Below are positions 27,249 through 32,000 of a stretch of DNA of 32,000 nt, piece after piece. Within the stretch, counting starts at the first letter, position 1. The number at the start of each line of letters is the position of its first letter. The notes beneath the pieces are model-generated. The model had not been told where the DNA came from, ran no database searches, and worked only from the letters and a program-made list of their open reading frames with translations. A program made the position numbers and the translations under genes. Source of the DNA: an uncultured Actinomycetota bacterium (GTDB taxonomy: Bacteria; Actinomycetota; Actinomycetes; Propionibacteriales; Nocardioidaceae); NCBI GenBank assembly GCA_963726885.1, contig CAVSDS010000007.1, forward strand, positions 9,946 to 41,945, given 5' to 3'.

Positions 27249-29852
27249 TCAGGCCGAGCTGACGGTCAGGGAGTCGGCCGCCTCGTCCCGGTCGACCTTG
27301 ACGGTGTCGCCGTCACGCACCTCGCCGGCCAGCAGCGCCTTGGCGAGCCGGTCGCCGATGGCCTGCTGCACGAGTCGCCGGAGCGGCCGGGCGCCGTAGG
27401 CGGGGTCCCACCCGGTGAGCGCCAGCCACTCCTTGGCGGCGTCGGTGACGTCGAGCGTGATGCGTCGGGACCCGAGGCGGCGGCCCAGCGCCTCCAGCTG
27501 CAGGTCGACGATGTGCGTGAGCTCGTCGGTGCTCAGGGCGTCGAACATCACGATCTCGTCGAGCCGGTTGAGGAACTCCGGCTTGAACGACGCCTTCACG
27601 AGCTCCATGACGGCGTCCTGGGTGGCCTTGTCGTCGAGAGCCGGGTCGGACAGGCCTGTGCCGCTCAAGAGGCCAGAACCAAGGTTCGACGTCAGCACGA
27701 GGATGACGTTCCGGAAGTCGACGGTGCGACCCTGGCCGTCGGTGAGGCGGCCGTCGTCGAGCACCTGCAGGAGGATGTCGAAGACCTCCGGGTGCGCCTT
27801 CTCGACCTCGTCGAGCAGCACCACCGAGTACGGACGCCTCCGCACGGCCTCGGTGAGCTGGCCGCCTTCTTCGTAGCCCACGTAGCCGGGAGGGGCGCCG
27901 ACGAGCCGCGAGACGCTGTGCTTCTCGCCGTACTCGCTCATGTCGATGCGCACGATGGCGCGCTCGTCGTCGAACAGGAACTCGGCGAGCGTCTTGGCGA
28001 GCTCGGTCTTGCCGACACCGGTGGGCCCGAGGAACAGGAACGATCCGGTCGGACGATCCGGGTCGCTGATGCCGGCCCGCGAGCGACGGACGGCGTCGGA
28101 CACGGCGGTGACTGCGGCCTTCTGGCCGATCAGTCGCCGGCCGAGCTCCTCCTCCATCCGCAGGAGCTTGCCGGTCTCGCCCTCGAGCAGTCGCCCGGTC
28201 GGGATGCCGGTCCAGGCGGCCACGACCTCGGCGATGTCGTCGGCGCCGACCTCCTCGTGGACCATCGACTCGCCGTCCTTGGCGGCTTCAGCCGTCTGGG
28301 CCTCGGCGAGCTGGCGCTCCATGGCCGGGATCTCGGCGTAGAACAGCCGGCTGGACGTCTCGAGGTCGCCCTCGCGCTGGGCGCGCTCCGCGGCCATCCG
28401 CACCTCGTCGATGCGCTCCTTGATCTCACCGACGGCGTTGAGGCTCTCCTTCTCGGACTCCCACCGCTGCTCGAGCGCGCGCAGGGTCTCCTGCTTGTCG
28501 GCCAGCTCGACCCGGAGCTTCTCCAGACGGTCGCGGCTGGCGTCGTCGGACTCGTTCTGGAGGTGCAGCTCCTCCATGCGCAGCCGGTCGACGCTGCGTC
28601 GCAGCTCGTCGATCTCCACCGGGCTGGAGTCGATCTCCATGCGCAGGCGGCTGCTTGCCTCGTCGACGAGGTCGATGGCCTTGTCGGGGAGCTGACGGCC
28701 CGGGATGTAGCGGTCGGAGAGCGTGGCGGCCGCGACGAGTGCGGCATCGGAGATGGACACCTTGTGGTGTGCCTCGTAGCGCTCCTTGAGCCCACGGAGG
28801 ATCGCGATGGTGTCCTCGGCGCTGGGCTCACCCACGAAGACCTGCTGGAATCGACGCTCCAGGGCCGGGTCCTTCTCGATCCGCTGGCGGTACTCGTCGA
28901 GGGTGGTGGCGCCGATCATCCGCAGCTCGCCGCGGGCGAGCATGGGCTTGAGCATGTTGCCGGCGTCCATCGCACTGTCGCCGCCGGCACCTGCGCCGAC
29001 AACGGTGTGCAGCTCGTCGATGAACGTGATGATCTGGCCGTCGCTGTCCTTGATCTCGGCGAGCACGGCCTTGAGTCGCTCCTCGAACTCACCGCGGTAC
29101 TTGGCACCGGCGACCATCGATCCGAGGTCGAGCGCCACGAGACGGCGGCCGCGCAGCGACTCGGGCACGTCGCCGGCGATGATCCGCTGGGCGAGGCCCT
29201 CGACCACGGCGGTCTTGCCGACGCCCGGCTCCCCGATGAGCACAGGGTTGTTCTTGGTGCGGCGGCTCAGCACCTGCACGACGCGGCGGATCTCGGCGTC
29301 GCGACCGATGACCGGGTCGAGCTTGCCGTCGCGAGCCACCGCGGTCAGGTCGACGCCGTACTTCTCCAGCGCCTGGTACGTGTCCTCGGCATCGGCGCTC
29401 GTCACGCGCGAGGTGCCGCGGATCGAGGCGAACGCGGCCTGCAGGGAGTCGGGGGTCGCGCCGGCATCGGTGAGGATCGTTCGCGCGGGCGACTCGACCG
29501 TGGCGATGCCGACGACGAGGTGCTCGCTGGACACGAAGTCGTCGCCGAGCTGGGCAGCCAGGTCCTGGGCGCGCTGCAGCACCTCGTGGGAGCTGCGGGA
29601 CAGGGTCGGGTTGCCGACGCTCGCGCCGGTGGCGGACGGCAGCCGTCCGAGCTCGTCCTTGAGCTGCTGGGCGACGACCTGCGGGTCGACGCCGGTGGCC
29701 GCGAGCAGGGGAACGGAGGTGCCGCCCGGCTGCGAGAGCAGGGCGTCGAGCAGGTGGGCGGGCTCCACAGCGGGGTTGCCCGAGGCGGCGGCAGCCTGGA
29801 CGGCCGCGGCCAGCGCCTGCTGGCTGCGCGTGGTGTAGGTCGAGAGGTCCAT
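27249..29852 (-). CDS. clpB: ATP-dependent chaperone/disaggregase ClpB
   Basis: 867 aa and intact. It has two AAA+ modules (GEPGVGKTA and GPTGVGKTE), a long middle coiled-coil and a Clp N-domain. AGGAG lies 5 nt upstream of the ATG. Confidence 0.95.
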   Translation of the reverse strand: MDLSTYTTRSQQALAAAVQAAAASGNPAVEPAHLLDALLSQPGGTSVPLLAATGVDPQVVAQQLKDELGRLPSATGASVGNPTLSRSSHEVLQRAQDLAAQLGDDFVSSEHLVVGIATVESPARTILTDAGATPDSLQAAFASIRGTSRVTSADAEDTYQALEKYGVDLTAVARDGKLDPVIGRDAEIRRVVQVLSRRTKNNPVLIGEPGVGKTAVVEGLAQRIIAGDVPESLRGRRLVALDLGSMVAGAKYRGEFEERLKAVLAEIKDSDGQIITFIDELHTVVGAGAGGDSAMDAGNMLKPMLARGELRMIGATTLDEYRQRIEKDPALERRFQQVFVGEPSAEDTIAILRGLKERYEAHHKVSISDAALVAAATLSDRYIPGRQLPDKAIDLVDEASSRLRMEIDSSPVEIDELRRSVDRLRMEELHLQNESDDASRDRLEKLRVELADKQETLRALEQRWESEKESLNAVGEIKERIDEVRMAAERAQREGDLETSSRLFYAEIPAMERQLAEAQTAEAAKDGESMVHEEVGADDIAEVVAAWTGIPTGRLLEGETGKLLRMEEELGRRLIGQKAAVTAVSDAVRRSRAGISDPDRPTGSFLFLGPTGVGKTELAKTLAEFLFDDERAIVRIDMSEYGEKHSVSRLVGAPPGYVGYEEGGQLTEAVRRRPYSVVLLDEVEKAHPEVFDILLQVLDDGRLTDGQGRTVDFRNVILVLTSNLGSGLLSGTGLSDPALDDKATQDAVMELVKASFKPEFLNRLDEIVMFDALSTDELTHIVDLQLEALGRRLGSRRITLDVTDAAKEWLALTGWDPAYGARPLRRLVQQAIGDRLAKALLAGEVRDGDTVKVDRDEAADSLTVSSA

Positions 29853-29885
29853 GGAGTCTCCTGGCCGGAAGGATCGGTCTACTGG

Positions 29886-29925
29886 TCAACGCTCTAGCGA
29901 TTCAACGCTCTACTGATTCAACGTC
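29886..29925. repeat. 16-bp direct repeat, 2.5 units, in the clpB upstream region
   Basis: The units are TCAACGCTCTAGCGAT (29886-29901), TCAACGCTCTACTGAT (29902-29917) and TCAACGTC (29918-29925). In clpB sense each unit reads GTTGAAT(C/G)..TAGAGC, which gives phased -35-like and -10-like hexamers. Confidence 0.6.
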
Positions 29926-29932
29926 GGCAAAG

Positions 29933-29951
29933 TTGAGTCCATTCCACTCAA
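29933..29951. promoter_or_regulatory. HAIR-like inverted repeat (HspR operator candidate) upstream of clpB
   Basis: TTGAGT-ccattcc-ACTCAA is a perfect 6-bp inverted repeat with a 7-nt spacer. The HAIR consensus is CTTGAGT-N7-ACTCAAG. A third half-site, CTTGAG, lies at 29960-29965. The right arm overlaps the stop codon of the upstream oxidoreductase gene. Confidence 0.6.
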
Positions 29952-31348
29952 CTCAGGGACTTGAGGACCGAATTTCCCGCGTGATATCCAGCCATTCCGT
30001 GCACTCCACCACCGGGAGGCGTGGACGCCGAGCAGATGAACAGGCCCTGGCCCAGCCAGTACGGATTGTGGCTGACTCGCGGGCGGAACACCGTCTGCCA
30101 CGGGGTGCCGGCGCCGCCGGTCATGTCGCCGCCGACGTAGTTCGCGTTCTCGGCGTACCCCTCGGCCGGCGAGCGCACCGATCTCGCGACGATGCGATCA
30201 CGAACACCCGGTGCGTACCGCTCGATCTGGTCGATGATCACCTCGGTCGCGTCGCCGGTGTAGCCGTTCGGAACGTGCCCGTAGGCCCAGATCGGGTGGA
30301 CGTCGCCCACCGAGCGGGACGGGTCGGCGAGGTACTGCTGGCACAGGAGCACGAACGGGCGCTCCGGCATCCGGCCGTTCACGGCCTCGGTGTCGCACGC
30401 GACGATGTCCTCCATGGTGCCGCCGAGATGAACGGTGCCCGCCCGAGAGGCCGCCTCGTTCGTCCACGGGATGCCGCCCTCGACCGCGAGGTCGACCTTG
30501 AAGGCCGCCGGTCCGAACTTCCAGCGTCGGAGCGGACGCGCCACCCGGCTGGGGAGCCGATGACCGGCGAGCGAGAGCACCTGGTCGGGCGAGGTGTCGA
30601 ACACGACGACGTCGGCGTCAGGCAGCTCCGTGACCCGGTGGTTGGTCTCGATGGTGCCGCCGGCCGCGAGCAGCACCGACTCGAGTGCGCTGGCGATCGA
30701 CCCGGACCCACCGATGGCCACGGGCCAGCCGTACGCGTGCCCGAACACGCCGAACATCATGCCGAGCGCGCCCGTGGTGGGAAGGTTCAGCGGCGAGATG
30801 GCGTGCGCGGCCATGCCCGCGAAGAGCGCCCTGGCCTCGTCGGTCTCCCACCGGCGGGCGATCCAGGTGGCGGGTTGCAGGGCGCGCAGCCCGAACCTGG
30901 CCATGCCGATCGGGTGGCTCGGGACGTGGATGATCGGGCCGAAGAGATCGCCGACCAGGTCGTCGGCGTGCTTGACGAGCGGCTCGTAGAGACCCCGCCA
31001 CGCGTCGCCGTCGGCGCCCAGCGCCTCGGCCGTGCGGTCGATGTCGCGGTACATGACGCCGGCGCGTCCGTCGTCGAGCGGATGGACGGCCTCGACGTCG
31101 GTCCAGCTCCACTTCAGGCCATGCGCCTCGAGGTCCAGGCTGCGGAAGAACGGTGACGCGATCGCGGTGGGATGCGCCGCCGAGCAGACGTCGTGGATGA
31201 GTCCCGGCACTGTGAGCTCGGCCGAGCGCATGCCGCCGCCGATGTCGTCGTTGGCCTCGAGCACCGTGACGTCGAGCCCGGCCTGGGCGAGCACGATCGC
31301 CGCCGACAGACCGTTCGGCCCGGAGCCGATGACGACCGCTGAAGTCAT
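29948..31348 (-). CDS. NAD(P)/FAD-dependent oxidoreductase, phytoene-desaturase (CrtI-like) family
   Basis: The start is the ATG at 31348 (GGAGGGG upstream), giving MTSAVVIGSGPNGLSAAIVLAQAGLDVTVLEANDDIGGG, a dinucleotide-binding fold. The product is 466 aa. The track start at 31585 is an artefactual extension. Confidence 0.75.
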   Translation of the reverse strand: MTSAVVIGSGPNGLSAAIVLAQAGLDVTVLEANDDIGGGMRSAELTVPGLIHDVCSAAHPTAIASPFFRSLDLEAHGLKWSWTDVEAVHPLDDGRAGVMYRDIDRTAEALGADGDAWRGLYEPLVKHADDLVGDLFGPIIHVPSHPIGMARFGLRALQPATWIARRWETDEARALFAGMAAHAISPLNLPTTGALGMMFGVFGHAYGWPVAIGGSGSIASALESVLLAAGGTIETNHRVTELPDADVVVFDTSPDQVLSLAGHRLPSRVARPLRRWKFGPAAFKVDLAVEGGIPWTNEAASRAGTVHLGGTMEDIVACDTEAVNGRMPERPFVLLCQQYLADPSRSVGDVHPIWAYGHVPNGYTGDATEVIIDQIERYAPGVRDRIVARSVRSPAEGYAENANYVGGDMTGGAGTPWQTVFRPRVSHNPYWLGQGLFICSASTPPGGGVHGMAGYHAGNSVLKSLS

Positions 31349-31383
31349 GATGCCCCTCCGGGCACTGGAGTCATGGCACCAAC

Positions 31384-32000
31384 CTAGGGCGTGCCGGCGA
31401 GGCCGCGGACACGGAAGGGCAGGGCACCGTCCCACGGCTGGTGGGCGACCATGTCGGCCACGTCCACCTCGCCCTCCTCGACGAGGCCGGTGGCCGCGTC
31501 GACGATGCGGTACTGCTGCACCGGATGACCCATGGGGGGCGACTCCATCATGATGACCCGGAGCTCGCCGGGCGCGAACGCGCATCTCTCCTGGATCGCC
31601 TCCAGCAGACGTTCGTGGTGGAGGTGGCCGTCCCCGAAGTTCCAGCCGATCGCCGAGCCCGCCACCATCTCGCCGTCGACGGCGAAACGCGACTCATGGT
31701 CGTCCGTCGCATGCGGGTACAGGCCGAGCATCGCCCGGCCATGGGTGTGCAGGCCGCGCCACGCGCCGAGCTTGCCCATCATCAGGTCGACCGTGTCGGG
31801 TGGGTAGAGCCTGGCGAGCTGGCGTTGTGGGAGCTGGGCCGCCTTGGTCACACGCTCGGCGTACTTCTCCTCGGCGCCTTCCCCGAACAGCCACACCGAC
31901 GTCGCCCAGGTGCCGGCGTAGTACCGCATCGAGGGCAGGAACGACCACTGGTCGGGCCGGAGATTGCCCCAGACGACCGAGGCGACGATGAGGGCCACGA
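31384..32000 (-). CDS. conserved hypothetical protein, C-terminal ~205 aa (5' end outside window)
   Basis: The frame is open to the window edge and ends at TAG 31384-31386. The sequence reads ...WGNLRPDQWSFLPSMRYYAGTWATSVWLF...GWNFGDGHLHHERLLEAIQERC... It is possibly a DUF3556-type protein, but that is memory only. Confidence 0.45.
   Translation of the reverse strand, partial: VALIVASVVWGNLRPDQWSFLPSMRYYAGTWATSVWLFGEGAEEKYAERVTKAAQLPQRQLARLYPPDTVDLMMGKLGAWRGLHTHGRAMLGLYPHATDDHESRFAVDGEMVAGSAIGWNFGDGHLHHERLLEAIQERCAFAPGELRVIMMESPPMGHPVQQYRIVDAATGLVEEGEVDVADMVAHQPWDGALPFRVRGLAGTP

Overview
High-GC (~70%) actinobacterial chromosomal window. It is densely coding, and I saw no rRNA, tRNA, CRISPR array or transposase. 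Left part (+ strand): the 3' part of an acyl-CoA oxidase, a MarR regulator divergent from a fused B12-dependent isobutyryl-CoA mutase (IcmF) with a translationally coupled hotdog thioesterase, serC-serA, a small membrane/coiled-coil protein with an Asp/Arg-repeat tail, and an orphan BtuF/TroA-like binding protein. Centre: one co-directional minus-strand array from about 25.5 kb down to 10.0 kb. It runs hypA-hypB, group 1h (Hhy-type, cytosolic 'actinobacterial/high-affinity') [NiFe]-hydrogenase small and large subunits, and a NifU/Rieske-like HhyE. Six uncharacterised, translationally coupled genes follow: a Cys-rich protein, a second conserved protein, a 465-aa protein, a 39-aa membrane miniprotein and two acidic disordered miniproteins. 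The array ends with the maturation endopeptidase, hypC, a DUF6390-like gene, a FecBCD-type ABC importer, a polytopic membrane protein and type II NADH dehydrogenase. Right part: a Fur-family (Nur-like) regulator, a NiCoT nickel permease preceded by a Nur-box-like palindrome, clpB with an HspR/HAIR-like operator and tandem 16-bp repeats, an FAD oxidoreductase and a partial gene. Major caveat: between about 4.2 and 20 kb at least 13 single-base frame disruptions break otherwise full-length genes, including serA and ndh. I stitched these genes across the breaks and typed them as pseudogenes as sequenced, but assembly indel error is the more likely explanation. Family names (DUF numbers, Hhy nomenclature, operator consensuses) come from memory, not from searches.
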